From: an uncultured Candidatus Saccharibacteria bacterium
GTDB taxonomy: Bacteria; Patescibacteriota; Minisyncoccia; 2-02-FULL-40-12
Assembly (NCBI GenBank): GCA_964368135.1
Contig: CAYIZI010000001.1
Coordinates: 42,926 to 106,925, forward strand
DNA: 64,000 nucleotides
Direction of reading: 5' to 3'
Shown here: positions 35,581 to 45,452 of the stretch, one piece after another
How positions within the stretch are numbered: position 1 is the first letter of the stretch
Layout of the letters: each line of letters opens with the position of its first letter
Notes under the pieces: generated by a model
Database searches by the model: none
Seen by the model: only the letters and a program-made list of their open reading frames with translations
Told to the model about the DNA's origin: nothing
Made by a program: the position numbers and the translations under genes

Positions 35581-37206
35581 TTAATCTTGGTTTTCCAAAA
35601 TTGGCTCGGTATTCAAAATATCCAAATACTCATCCCTTAATTGGTAAATATCGGCAAACGGATAAGAATCAACTAAATCGTATCTTTCAAATCCGGGCGT
35701 TCTTGAAACAAAACTCCATACCGAATCATTATCATCATGAGTCCGCATCACTATCCATCTTGCCCAATGGTCAGGCAGAGTTGTCGCCTCTTTCCAATAA
35801 TCGCCTGTTCCTTCATGGATGAATTTTTTCATCGGCATGCCGGACGAGAATATGATGGCGTCATGCGAAGCGGCGGATATTAATACAAATCCATCTTTAC
35901 CAGCGGCGTTTTGAGCCAGCCAGCCGCTTACTTCGGCGACGTTCTTCTGGCTTGAACCGACTCTGGCATCATCTATAGTAACCGCATCACCGCTTGAAAA
36001 CTGGAAAAAGAGAACAAAAAGAATCAATCCGATGATGACCGGCCTTAATTTTGAAACATAATGAATAAGATATCCGACAAATATCGCGATTGTCGGCATC
36101 AGCATTACTCCGTATCGGGCGTTAAACCAGGTGTCTCCTGATAAACCCTGAATAAATAATACCGAATGGCCAAGATAAAGAGCTAATATATTGAAGAAAA
36201 GGGGGGCCAACAAAACAAAAGTGGCAAAACGCACGCCTCGTCTTATATTCCCTGAAAACCAAAGAGCGACCGCCCCAACAAGACCCATAAGCGCTAAAAA
36301 CGCATTGGAATTATATGCCAAAGCGTAGAAATAGACTTTTAATGAAAAAAACCAATCCCCTTTTGTTGAAAGAACTCCGGCCGCTTCAAGCTGGGTCTGC
36401 TGGGTTCTGGCCGAATAAGGCCCGAAGGCAAAGTAAAGAGGATCGCCGAATATCAAAAGATTCCATAAAAACCACAATACTATGCCAAGCCCGGCCAGAG
36501 TAATGAATAAAATAAGCTTGCCCTCGGCCTGCTTATAGCCGTTTTTCTTCCATACGTAAAAAACAATCATCATTGAGGCTAAAACTAAAAGGAGCCAGCC
36601 GTCATACCTGACCAAGGTTGAAAGCATTATCCAAAAAGCTGACTTGACCAAGTCTACAACCTTGTCATCTTTGAACCACAGCATCAGATAATACGCACCC
36701 GCGGTCATAGCGGCGACAAGCGTTAATTCAGTCATGGCCGTTGACTGAAGATAAAGAACATTCAAATTTGAAGCAAATATCCCCACCCCGATTAATCTGC
36801 CGGTCATTTTAACTCCTATTTTTTCTAAGAACTTATAGATTATCAACCCGGTCAAAACAAAACCAAACATTGACCAGATCGTGCCGGCTAAGCCGGAATG
36901 CCACATAAAATCATTCCAGATTGTCAGGACCATAAGAAGGTGGGTAAGCGGCAGCCAGACGCTTCCCAACTGGGCAAACCCCGGCTTTAATCCCTCAACG
37001 ACCCGGCGGCCAATATCCAAGTGAGAACGGGCATCGTTATAAGCCAAGCTAAGCCCGTTCTGGAAATAAAACATGAAACTTAACACCGAGATAACTGATA
37101 GTATCGCCGCCACAATGGCAAAACCGTTTCTTTCAAAGAAAACTCCGACTCTATTTAGAGCATCGCTGCTTATATTGATTTTAATTACGCCCTTACTTTT
37201 GTTCAT
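35581..37206 (-). CDS. Polytopic membrane protein, putative GT-C fold glycosyltransferase (ArnT/PMT-like)
   Basis: 541 aa with >10 TM helices and a first-loop Asp/Arg/His motif (YNDARSHLDIGRR). Tentative. Confidence 0.35.
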   Translation of the reverse strand: MNKSKGVIKINISSDALNRVGVFFERNGFAIVAAILSVISVLSFMFYFQNGLSLAYNDARSHLDIGRRVVEGLKPGFAQLGSVWLPLTHLLMVLTIWNDFMWHSGLAGTIWSMFGFVLTGLIIYKFLEKIGVKMTGRLIGVGIFASNLNVLYLQSTAMTELTLVAAMTAGAYYLMLWFKDDKVVDLVKSAFWIMLSTLVRYDGWLLLVLASMMIVFYVWKKNGYKQAEGKLILFITLAGLGIVLWFLWNLLIFGDPLYFAFGPYSARTQQTQLEAAGVLSTKGDWFFSLKVYFYALAYNSNAFLALMGLVGAVALWFSGNIRRGVRFATFVLLAPLFFNILALYLGHSVLFIQGLSGDTWFNARYGVMLMPTIAIFVGYLIHYVSKLRPVIIGLILFVLFFQFSSGDAVTIDDARVGSSQKNVAEVSGWLAQNAAGKDGFVLISAASHDAIIFSSGMPMKKFIHEGTGDYWKEATTLPDHWARWIVMRTHDDNDSVWSFVSRTPGFERYDLVDSYPFADIYQLRDEYLDILNTEPILENQD

Positions 37207-38764
37207 TTTTTAAGAAAAATAAACTAACCATTAATGATAAAGTCACGGCTATTACTAAAGCTGTCATCATCTGATGATACTCTTGAGCGGTTAGGTATTG
37301 GCTGGCATATCTTTGGAATATAAACGACTTGGATTTATTCTTTTTCAATAAATCAAAATTTCTCTCATAAGTGAACTTTTCTTCTTTTCCTGACACCTCT
37401 TCAAGAGAAAGGACCTGCGCTTGCGGAGGATTAGTATCAGAAGTTATTGCTCCAAGAACATTAACCCAAACTGAATAGCTTACTAAAACAATAAATATTA
37501 TGCCGAATAAATAATTTTTCCTGAATTTAGTAAGAGCGAGTGAAAGGCCTATCCCTCCCAAGGCATAAGACGGAATCAGATATCTTGAACCAAATGCCCA
37601 CCCACCCCAAGGATCTCCCCAAAGAGAATAAAGAATTATATTAAATCCAATAGTTGCCAAAATTAAATTAGCGGCGGATCTATTTAACTTATACAAATAA
37701 GCAAAGCCCAAAATGCTTAAAAGAATAACCGGCGTGAACCAGACAATTCCCCTATCCGGACTTATGAAGTGGATATAAAATCCGTTAAGTAAATTCCTGG
37801 TTTTGAAAAATCCGACTGCTGTTTTCTCTTTATGGTAAGTTTTCTGTAGATTTAATAACTTGCTTATTTCTGATTGGGTTGGTAAACCTTTTTCATCTAT
37901 GGCCTCGACTGATTGAAGCGTACCGGGCAACTGGAATGGGTTGCCGGTAGAAGCCTGGTTAAACCATAGAAATAAAACGATGGGGGGGATAACGGCAAGT
38001 AGGGTTAAAAACCCGAGTATGTTGAAATTAATCTTTAATTTGAATTTTTCTTTTTCAATCCAGATTATTCTGGCCAAGGCAAAAACTCCAAGCGGAATCA
38101 TAAAAAATATGTTCGGGTTGTCCACCACGACCGAAAAGGCGATTAAAAACCATATCAAAGCCACTGACCAAAGATTATTCCAGCGGATAAGCGCATAAAT
38201 ACCCAATAGAATCAAAAAAGTTGATATATGATGCTGGTATAAAGTGGCGGCATAAGCAAAAGCCGGCGAAGCAAAAGCAAAAACAAGAGCCCCGATACTG
38301 GCCGCCAAAGGATTAGACCCTAACCTTATCGCTATCAACCTCACAAAGATTATATTCAAAAGAGCGAATAAAGCTGCGGTTGAAAATGCTCCCACTTGTG
38401 ATAATCCAAACTCTCTTCCTATCACGTAACCAGGTATAGCCAAAAAAGAAACACCCGGATTAAAAAGAGAAACATAACCGCCATTAACATAAGCAACATC
38501 TGGGGTAGTGAATTTGGCTAATGGCACTGAAAACTGAAAAGACTTATCCTCAACTAAAGAATAAGTCAAAGCAAATCTGCCCCTTTCCGGAGATAATTCA
38601 AAAGGCGCGCTTTCTGTAGGTTCATTAGGCTTCCACTGAGAAGTATTTAAGGCATCTTTGTTTGGATTTCCGGGAATGCCGCGCAAACCAAGAATTAAGA
38701 TAGCGGCGCAAAATAGTATAAACAATATGGCCGGAATTAATTGTAATATTTTAATTTTATCCAT
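37193..38764 (-). CDS. Polytopic membrane protein, putative GT-C fold glycosyltransferase or polymerase
   Basis: 523 aa with many TM helices. It is co-located with glycan genes. No confident family. Confidence 0.3.
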   Translation of the reverse strand: MDKIKILQLIPAILFILFCAAILILGLRGIPGNPNKDALNTSQWKPNEPTESAPFELSPERGRFALTYSLVEDKSFQFSVPLAKFTTPDVAYVNGGYVSLFNPGVSFLAIPGYVIGREFGLSQVGAFSTAALFALLNIIFVRLIAIRLGSNPLAASIGALVFAFASPAFAYAATLYQHHISTFLILLGIYALIRWNNLWSVALIWFLIAFSVVVDNPNIFFMIPLGVFALARIIWIEKEKFKLKINFNILGFLTLLAVIPPIVLFLWFNQASTGNPFQLPGTLQSVEAIDEKGLPTQSEISKLLNLQKTYHKEKTAVGFFKTRNLLNGFYIHFISPDRGIVWFTPVILLSILGFAYLYKLNRSAANLILATIGFNIILYSLWGDPWGGWAFGSRYLIPSYALGGIGLSLALTKFRKNYLFGIIFIVLVSYSVWVNVLGAITSDTNPPQAQVLSLEEVSGKEEKFTYERNFDLLKKNKSKSFIFQRYASQYLTAQEYHQMMTALVIAVTLSLMVSLFFLKNEQK

Positions 38765-40010
38765 TATATTGGTGATTTATCCTGCTATACGACTGAATAC
38801 CTATATCCTTTGAACTATTAGGGTTTTTGACTATCTGTTTATATAAACTATTCATACTATCGGCAACTTCCCTCCAAGAATTTCCAAGACTAAAGTTCAC
38901 GCAGTTTTTTTGCATATCTTTTATAAATTTGGAGCCATTATTTTTAAGGACAAAATCTATTTTCTTAGCTAAGGCTTTGTGATCACGAATCCCGATGCAG
39001 TATCCGTTTATTCCATTCTTAATCAAATATGTCAGGGCTTCATTATTAGAAACAATACATATTAAACCTTGACTTAAACCTTCATTTATAACATTTGGAT
39101 AAGCTTCTTTAATAGACATCAGAATCATCATCCCGGCCTTTTTAATTATATAGTACTTATCTATGCCTTTTATCAGCCCAGTAAATACCACTCTGTCTTG
39201 TAAACCTAATTTTTCTATAAGCTCCTGGAGGTATTTTTTATAAGAATTATCATCTTCTGGCCCTACAATCACAAACTTAAGATTTTTAGGCAGTATGGCC
39301 AGGGCTTTAATAGCGGTTTCGTAATTTTTAATTGGGTGGATCCTGCCTACCTGAATTATGTAATTACCTAATCCCTCAACTATTTTCTTTATTTCGGGAC
39401 TGGCCTTAGTTTCAACATCTTCAAAGGCCTCGCTTTCAATCCCGTTCTCAATAACCACAACAAGTTCTGGTTTTACTCCTTTTTCAATTATTTCAGATTT
39501 TTCTAATTCAGAAACAGCCCTGACCGCATCAACAACAAGATTTATAAAAAGTATTCCCGCTGTATAATGGTAGACTATTTTTATTATCTTCTGGATGGGA
39601 TTGAATATGGACCAGTCTGGAGTAAAGCCGCCGTGAGGAGTTAAAACCAAAGCAAAATTCTTTTTGCCTAAGATTTTTAGGAACAAAGCTTTAAACAAAA
39701 TGTGGAAGTGCGGAAAGATATTAAAATTGTGAAGGCAAACAAGGTTTGTATTTTTCCAGTTTATACTTGGCAAATAGCCATACCATTTAAAAGGATATCT
39801 TCTAATCTTGATGCTTCTAACTTCGTCTGTGTTAGGCAGATAATTTTTATTCGTAAACGTGTCTTTAGAAGTGTGGATAGTAACATCCCATCCTTTTTCG
39901 GCAAGAACGCTGTAAGTCTCCAAAATATTTGTCTCGGCGCCGGCTACAACCGGATAGAAGTACTTTTGTACTATATCAATATGACCAAGTTTTTCTGATT
40001 TTATATTCAT
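38757..40010 (-). CDS. GT4-family glycosyltransferase
   Basis: C-terminal GT4 signature ...EAYPNVINEGLSQGLICIVSNNEAL. Confidence 0.7.
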   Translation of the reverse strand: MNIKSEKLGHIDIVQKYFYPVVAGAETNILETYSVLAEKGWDVTIHTSKDTFTNKNYLPNTDEVRSIKIRRYPFKWYGYLPSINWKNTNLVCLHNFNIFPHFHILFKALFLKILGKKNFALVLTPHGGFTPDWSIFNPIQKIIKIVYHYTAGILFINLVVDAVRAVSELEKSEIIEKGVKPELVVVIENGIESEAFEDVETKASPEIKKIVEGLGNYIIQVGRIHPIKNYETAIKALAILPKNLKFVIVGPEDDNSYKKYLQELIEKLGLQDRVVFTGLIKGIDKYYIIKKAGMMILMSIKEAYPNVINEGLSQGLICIVSNNEALTYLIKNGINGYCIGIRDHKALAKKIDFVLKNNGSKFIKDMQKNCVNFSLGNSWREVADSMNSLYKQIVKNPNSSKDIGIQSYSRINHQYNG

Positions 40011-40019
40011 GATAATTTT

Positions 40020-40961
40020 TTATTCAGTTTGTTTATAAATTAATGTTTTGGATGACCTGTGAGGCATAAATAGAGGATCAAATTTTGAAACTTTTAATGT
40101 CGTAATCCTATTGATACATACCTCCAATAAATACAAGACGATCAAAACAGGATTCCTGAAAAAGCTTGATAAAACAGACTTAACGACCAACCCGAACGGC
40201 GGGCTATATTCCTTTTTAATCCAGGCTGGTTCAAAATACTTACAAAATGATCTTCGGCCGCTTATGAATTTAGTGCACTGCTTTTTCCTATCTTTGAAAT
40301 TGGTAACATTCCTAAAATAAAATCTTGCGCGATGTTGTTTAACCATTTTTAAATTCAACTGTTTTAACCTGAAATAAGTGTAAACGTCTTCTGGAAGGTC
40401 TAATGGCCATGTGAGATTTTGGGTAAAGTTCCTTGATAAAATTTTGGCTGAATTGCAACAATAAATATTATCGCCTCCTCGCCACTCACTGAACATCTTA
40501 CTTTTCATACGACTACCTTGAGTCATTACCTTTTCAAATAAACCAACGGGTTTAACCGGCTCTGCATTGCCGACTGCAATGCCCAGATTTTTAATACTTG
40601 ATTTCTTAAATGGATGCACCAACTCATCAATAACTCCTGTGTCGGCGGGCAAGGCGTCGCCTTCCACTATCATTAATAAGTCGCCGGAATATTTTTTAAG
40701 CATCAAGTTCTGCATAGCTTGCTGGCCTGATCTTTTTTTAAAGATAAACATTTTAATTATCTTAAATCTATTTGCCAAAGATTTAACAATATCTACAGAA
40801 TTATCTGTGGTGCCATCAAAGAAAACCATAATTTCTTTAAGCATATAATTATCCTGTTCCTGTTTAACCAGCCTCAAAATAAGCTCTTTAATATTGGCTT
40901 CCTCGTTGTAAACCGGAATGCCTATAGAAACCGTCAATTTTCTTGTTTTTTTCTGGTTCAT
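40020..40961 (-). CDS. GT2-family glycosyltransferase
   Basis: The N-terminal SIGIPVYNEEANIKELI and DGTTDNS motifs. Confidence 0.7.
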   Translation of the reverse strand: MNQKKTRKLTVSIGIPVYNEEANIKELILRLVKQEQDNYMLKEIMVFFDGTTDNSVDIVKSLANRFKIIKMFIFKKRSGQQAMQNLMLKKYSGDLLMIVEGDALPADTGVIDELVHPFKKSSIKNLGIAVGNAEPVKPVGLFEKVMTQGSRMKSKMFSEWRGGDNIYCCNSAKILSRNFTQNLTWPLDLPEDVYTYFRLKQLNLKMVKQHRARFYFRNVTNFKDRKKQCTKFISGRRSFCKYFEPAWIKKEYSPPFGLVVKSVLSSFFRNPVLIVLYLLEVCINRITTLKVSKFDPLFMPHRSSKTLIYKQTE

Positions 40962-40962
40962 T

Positions 40963-41871
40963 TTATTTATTTATTTGCTTAGTCGACGCATCAACATCCC
41001 AAACAGGATCAATAACTTTCTTTTCCGGTTGTTTATTTAATCTGGTATAAATAAACACACCCATATAAGAAACCAAAGATATAGGATGCCTAATAAATTC
41101 CTCTAAAAAGCTTAAAACTAATGCCTTGATTGGGATTTTATATTCGGCTGCTACTTGCTGACCAAAATAAGACACCATTTCTTTTAGAGCATATTGGTAG
41201 CGGCTGCTTGGACCCACCTGGTCGCTAATTTTTTGGGGACAGCGGATTTTAACAATAGCTTTGTCTGCTAAGGCAAACCTTCCGCCTAATCTCCTGTTTT
41301 CCAAGTACATATACATATCGCCGGTTACAATATTTTCGCGAAGATTAAACCTTTTAAAATGCTCGGTTCTAAATGCAAGACAACGACCGCTGGCCAATAG
41401 ATGGTTGCTCTTGCCTTTTAATTTTAAGACCATGTGGTCAATAACCCTGACCATACTTGCCATTGCCGACTCAAAAAAAGTTTCAGGCGGCAAAGGCAAA
41501 ACTCTTGCCCCAACCATGGTTGCTTCTGGATTACTCTGAAAAACAGACAGTATTTCTTTTAAAGTCCCGGGTTCAAAGGTTATATCGTCTTGAGTGGAAA
41601 CATAAATATCGCTATTGCATACATCAACCGTCTGCTTAATTTTTTTAAGCTGGCTCCCCTCTTTTTCATTCCAAATCAATTCAACTCCCAATTTGGAAAG
41701 CTCGGATTTAATTTCAGGCGATATCGGCGTGCGGTCAGCGCAAATTATAAATCTGAAGTTGCCCACTCCTTTTGAATTTCTAAGACCTTTGGCGGTGTCC
41801 GAAAGAGATTCGCCTCCGTAGCAAGTGGGTATAGCGACGGTTAATGTCAATTGTTTTTCTTTGTTATCCAT
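40963..41871 (-). CDS. GT2-like glycosyltransferase
   Basis: The GT-A-like N-terminus LTVAIPTCYGGESL. Weaker match. Confidence 0.5.
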   Translation of the reverse strand: MDNKEKQLTLTVAIPTCYGGESLSDTAKGLRNSKGVGNFRFIICADRTPISPEIKSELSKLGVELIWNEKEGSQLKKIKQTVDVCNSDIYVSTQDDITFEPGTLKEILSVFQSNPEATMVGARVLPLPPETFFESAMASMVRVIDHMVLKLKGKSNHLLASGRCLAFRTEHFKRFNLRENIVTGDMYMYLENRRLGGRFALADKAIVKIRCPQKISDQVGPSSRYQYALKEMVSYFGQQVAAEYKIPIKALVLSFLEEFIRHPISLVSYMGVFIYTRLNKQPEKKVIDPVWDVDASTKQINK

Positions 41872-43150
41872 TTTTGAAATGTTTGGTTTGTTCTTCTCTT
41901 AACTTATCTGATAAACGACCGTCCGGCCGCTCAACATCGGCATATGTAATTACTTCATCTTGTTTTATATCTCTCTTTAAAACACAGCCGTCCGTTAAAC
42001 CCATCGACAAGAGATTTTCTTTCAAACTGACATCATAATTTTCAATAACTCCATAACAGGTGAATCCGCCGATTCCGTCCAAAACTTCTCCTTTCTTAAG
42101 ATCTTTTTTGGCTAAAGTAATGACATCACAAAATGGCCTGCCGACTGGAGCCAAGGTGGCGTCTTTCATTAATACGGCTCTGGCCACACTGGCTGGTGTC
42201 TCAATAGGACTTAAATGATATGGCCTGTAAAATGTATATACTGGGCCATTGCCCATCTTATAGACCTTCATATACCTCTGTTTTATCGGGTGCTCGCTAT
42301 AAGCCAAGACAAAAACTCCAAAACTTGGTTCGGCTCCCAAGATATAATCCACTATCGGCCTGTCTTTTATTTCTTCAAACGGAAATAAATTAACGGCTTG
42401 CTCCACTCTCTCACAGCGATGGCCGAACATTCCTCTTTTTCCGACTCCAAACCCGACGGCATTGCCGATTGTGGCCATTTCCATGGCTATCTTTGTGCCA
42501 TCGGCAAAAGAAGTAATCATTTTCGGCCTCTGGAAATGGGCTTCGGCAAACGCCTTCTGGGTCTCCGGAGTTCTCCTCGCATCAATCAAGCTTTTTATAT
42601 TGCCCGCTAATATGGGTTTAAACCCCCACATTTTTACTTCCCTAATCAAATTCATTAAAACCGCAGGCTGGTCTCCGTCTCCTTGGGTATAGATAACTCC
42701 GGCAGCGTCAGCGTACTTTTTTAATATCGGCCCCAAAGTTGCATCAAGCTCGGCATTTATCAAAACGATGTGCTTTTTATTTTTTATCGCCTCCATCGCC
42801 ACTTTTGCCCCAAATTCAACTTCTCCGGTAGCATCAACAATTGCATCAATATAGGAAGAATTGCATAACAGCATTGGATTATCGGTGATAACATATTCTC
42901 CTGACTTAATAGCCGAATCTAAATCATTTTGATTATCCGCGCGCCTAATCGGACTGGCATTAAGTTCTTTCAGCGCCTCCTCCGCCGTATCTATAGTCCT
43001 ATTGGAAACTGCGCTCAACTTCATCCCCGGAGTTGAAGTAATAAGCTGAAGCATAAAACCCTTAGCCGCAAAGCCGGCGCCAACAAGGCCTACTCTTATG
43101 AGTTGGCTGTTGTTCTTTAATTCCTCTAATTTTTTATCAATGATAATCAT
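41864..43150 (-). CDS. NAD(P)-binding oxidoreductase with a C-terminal SAF-like domain (COG4091-like), sugar-nucleotide modification
   Basis: Rossmann N-terminus RVGLVGAGFAAKGF. Overall architecture recalled from homoserine-DH-like/SAF proteins found in polysaccharide loci. Confidence 0.45.
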   Translation of the reverse strand: MIIIDKKLEELKNNSQLIRVGLVGAGFAAKGFMLQLITSTPGMKLSAVSNRTIDTAEEALKELNASPIRRADNQNDLDSAIKSGEYVITDNPMLLCNSSYIDAIVDATGEVEFGAKVAMEAIKNKKHIVLINAELDATLGPILKKYADAAGVIYTQGDGDQPAVLMNLIREVKMWGFKPILAGNIKSLIDARRTPETQKAFAEAHFQRPKMITSFADGTKIAMEMATIGNAVGFGVGKRGMFGHRCERVEQAVNLFPFEEIKDRPIVDYILGAEPSFGVFVLAYSEHPIKQRYMKVYKMGNGPVYTFYRPYHLSPIETPASVARAVLMKDATLAPVGRPFCDVITLAKKDLKKGEVLDGIGGFTCYGVIENYDVSLKENLLSMGLTDGCVLKRDIKQDEVITYADVERPDGRLSDKLREEQTKHFKNG

Positions 43151-43159
43151 ATTTATTTA

Positions 43160-43690
43160 TTAGCTTTTAAAATCCGGCCAAGATGAATCTTTTTCAGAAA
43201 CATGCTCTACCGCTACCGGCCAATCAAAATTAAATTTCTTATCATTAAATCTAATTCCTTTTTCACATTCGGCCGTAAACGGCGCCGTATATAAATTTAT
43301 AAATTCAACATCGTCTCCCAGGGTTAAAAATCCGTGGGCAACGCCTTTAGGAACATACAGTGATTTCATATCTGAATCGCTAAGCTTAAAACCCTGCCAC
43401 TTCAGGTATGTCGGAGAGTTAGGTCTTACATCAACAATAACTTCATAGATAGAACCCCTGGTAACTCTGGTCAACTGGGCCATCTCTTGAGGTTTAATCT
43501 GATAATGGATTCCTCTGATTGTGCCTTTATTTTTTGTAAAAGAAATATAGCCCTGAACAATTTCATTGCTTATATTTACTTTTTTAAACTCATCCTTGCC
43601 GAATATGCGGGTTAAATTGCCTCGGTCATCCTCTCGCTTGGCAAGTTGAATTAAATACGAACCTTCAATGTTTGTTTTTATAAATTCCAT
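43160..43690 (-). CDS. dTDP/CDP-4-dehydro-6-deoxyhexose 3,5-epimerase (RmlC-like cupin)
   Basis: The RmlC core ...REDDRGNLTRIF...GIHYQ. Confidence 0.75.
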   Translation of the reverse strand: MEFIKTNIEGSYLIQLAKREDDRGNLTRIFGKDEFKKVNISNEIVQGYISFTKNKGTIRGIHYQIKPQEMAQLTRVTRGSIYEVIVDVRPNSPTYLKWQGFKLSDSDMKSLYVPKGVAHGFLTLGDDVEFINLYTAPFTAECEKGIRFNDKKFNFDWPVAVEHVSEKDSSWPDFKS

Positions 43691-43691
43691 A

Positions 43692-44723
43692 TTATTTTTT
43701 AACTTTCCAATTAAGCATATTGTCCAACTGGCCAGTTTCCATCAGGTATTTTATTTCTTTTAATCTGGTGAATGGATTCGACTCAAATACCTCCTTGGTC
43801 ATGGAAATTTTTTCAAATATTTGTTTTAACTGCTCGGCCCCGTCTTTAATGCTCCACTGGCATTTAAATCCGGGCAGTTTAGAATATATTTTGTCAAAAT
43901 TTACTCTGTAACTTCTGTTGTCGCTGCCGGCCTGGTCCATTGTAATTTTGCAATTGGGGAATACGTCAGATATTACTTTGGCAATATCTCTGACCTGATA
44001 ATTCCCTTTGTTGCTCCCAACATTGAATACTTGATTATGGACGACTTCTTTAGGCGCTTTAGCGGCGCAAATCATTGCCTGGCAAATATCAAGAATATGA
44101 ACCAATGGCCTCCAGGGAGTACCGTCGCTATTTAGTTTTATCTCTTTATCAACCCAGGCCAAGCCACTAAGGTTATTCAATACGATATCAAATCTCATTC
44201 TTGGAGAGGGTCCGTAAGCCGTGGCATTTCTTAAAAATACGGGCGAAAAATTATCATCGGCCAGTTTAAATAATTCTTTTTCCACCAATATTTTGCATTT
44301 AGCATAAGCTGTCTGGGGATTGACGGCAGACTCTTCAGTCACCAAATCATCTTTGGCAATGCCGTAAACGCTGCACGAAGACGAATATATAAACCTTTTG
44401 ACACCGGCTTTCTTGCATTTTTCAGCCAGTGAAACCGAGCCATGATAGTTTATGGAATAGGTTAAATCAGGGTTAATTTCGCCGAGAGGATCATTAGACA
44501 GCTCGGCCAGATGAATAACAACGTCAAATCCTCTTAAATCATCTTCGGTCACATCACGGGTATCTTTGCGCAGAATTTCCGGCTGTTTGCCAAAACCGTT
44601 ATAAAGCTGGCCGGACTTATAAAATCCGGCATCTAAACCAACCACCTCATATCCTTTTTCGATCATTTTAGGAGCTAAGACAGAACCGATATATCCGTCT
44701 GCTCCGGTTATTAATATTTTCAT
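43692..44723 (-). CDS. NAD-dependent epimerase/dehydratase (extended SDR; CDP/dTDP-glucose 4,6-dehydratase or 4-epimerase-like)
   Basis: MKILITGADGYIGSVL Rossmann motif. Start taken at MKILITG. Confidence 0.8.
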   Translation of the reverse strand: MKILITGADGYIGSVLAPKMIEKGYEVVGLDAGFYKSGQLYNGFGKQPEILRKDTRDVTEDDLRGFDVVIHLAELSNDPLGEINPDLTYSINYHGSVSLAEKCKKAGVKRFIYSSSCSVYGIAKDDLVTEESAVNPQTAYAKCKILVEKELFKLADDNFSPVFLRNATAYGPSPRMRFDIVLNNLSGLAWVDKEIKLNSDGTPWRPLVHILDICQAMICAAKAPKEVVHNQVFNVGSNKGNYQVRDIAKVISDVFPNCKITMDQAGSDNRSYRVNFDKIYSKLPGFKCQWSIKDGAEQLKQIFEKISMTKEVFESNPFTRLKEIKYLMETGQLDNMLNWKVKK

Positions 44724-44725
44724 AA

Positions 44726-45448
44726 TTACCAAACCTTCCAAAGGGCCTGGCCTTTTTGCCAAAGCTCCTCCAGAATATTTTTATCTCTTAGCGTATCCAG
44801 ACACATCCAAAATCCTTTGTGGCGATACGCGGCTAATTTACCGTCTTCGACCAACTGCTTCATTGGTTCTTGTTCAAAAACAGTTTCATCTCCTTGGATG
44901 TAATCAATTACTTTCGGGTCAAGAATAAAAAATCCGCCGTTTATCCACGAACCCCCATTTTTTGGTTTTTCCCTGAAACTTGATACCAATCCATTCTTGC
45001 CCTCAATTTTTAAAATACCGAACCTCCCTTCCGGCTGAACTGCTGTTACGGTGGCTGGTAAATTATGGCCATTATGGAATTCTAAAAGTTTTTTTAAATC
45101 AACATCGGCAACACCGTCGCCATAAGTAAGGAAAAACTGGCCATTACCAAGATAATCTTTTATTCTCTTTATCCTGCCGCCGGTCATGGTTTCCTGTCCG
45201 GTATCAACAATGGTTATATTCCAATTTTCATTATCAATCCCTTTGCTAAAATACTCCTTTATCATGTCGCCTTTGTAGCCGGCACAAATGATAAAGTCGT
45301 TAAAACCCTGGGTTGAAAATATTTTCATAACATGCCAAAGCATCGGTTTGCCGCCGATTTCAACCATTGGCTTAGGCCTGACCGAAGTTTCCTCGGCTAT
45401 CCTGGTGCCATAACCGCCTGCTAAAATTACCACTTTCATATCATTCAT
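44726..45448 (-). CDS. rfbF: Glucose-1-phosphate cytidylyltransferase
   Basis: MKVVILAGGYGTRIAEETSVRPKPMVEIGGKPMLWHVMKIF closely matches RfbF (CDP-glucose pyrophosphorylase). Confidence 0.8.
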   Translation of the reverse strand: MNDMKVVILAGGYGTRIAEETSVRPKPMVEIGGKPMLWHVMKIFSTQGFNDFIICAGYKGDMIKEYFSKGIDNENWNITIVDTGQETMTGGRIKRIKDYLGNGQFFLTYGDGVADVDLKKLLEFHNGHNLPATVTAVQPEGRFGILKIEGKNGLVSSFREKPKNGGSWINGGFFILDPKVIDYIQGDETVFEQEPMKQLVEDGKLAAYRHKGFWMCLDTLRDKNILEELWQKGQALWKVW

Positions 45449-45452
45449 ATAG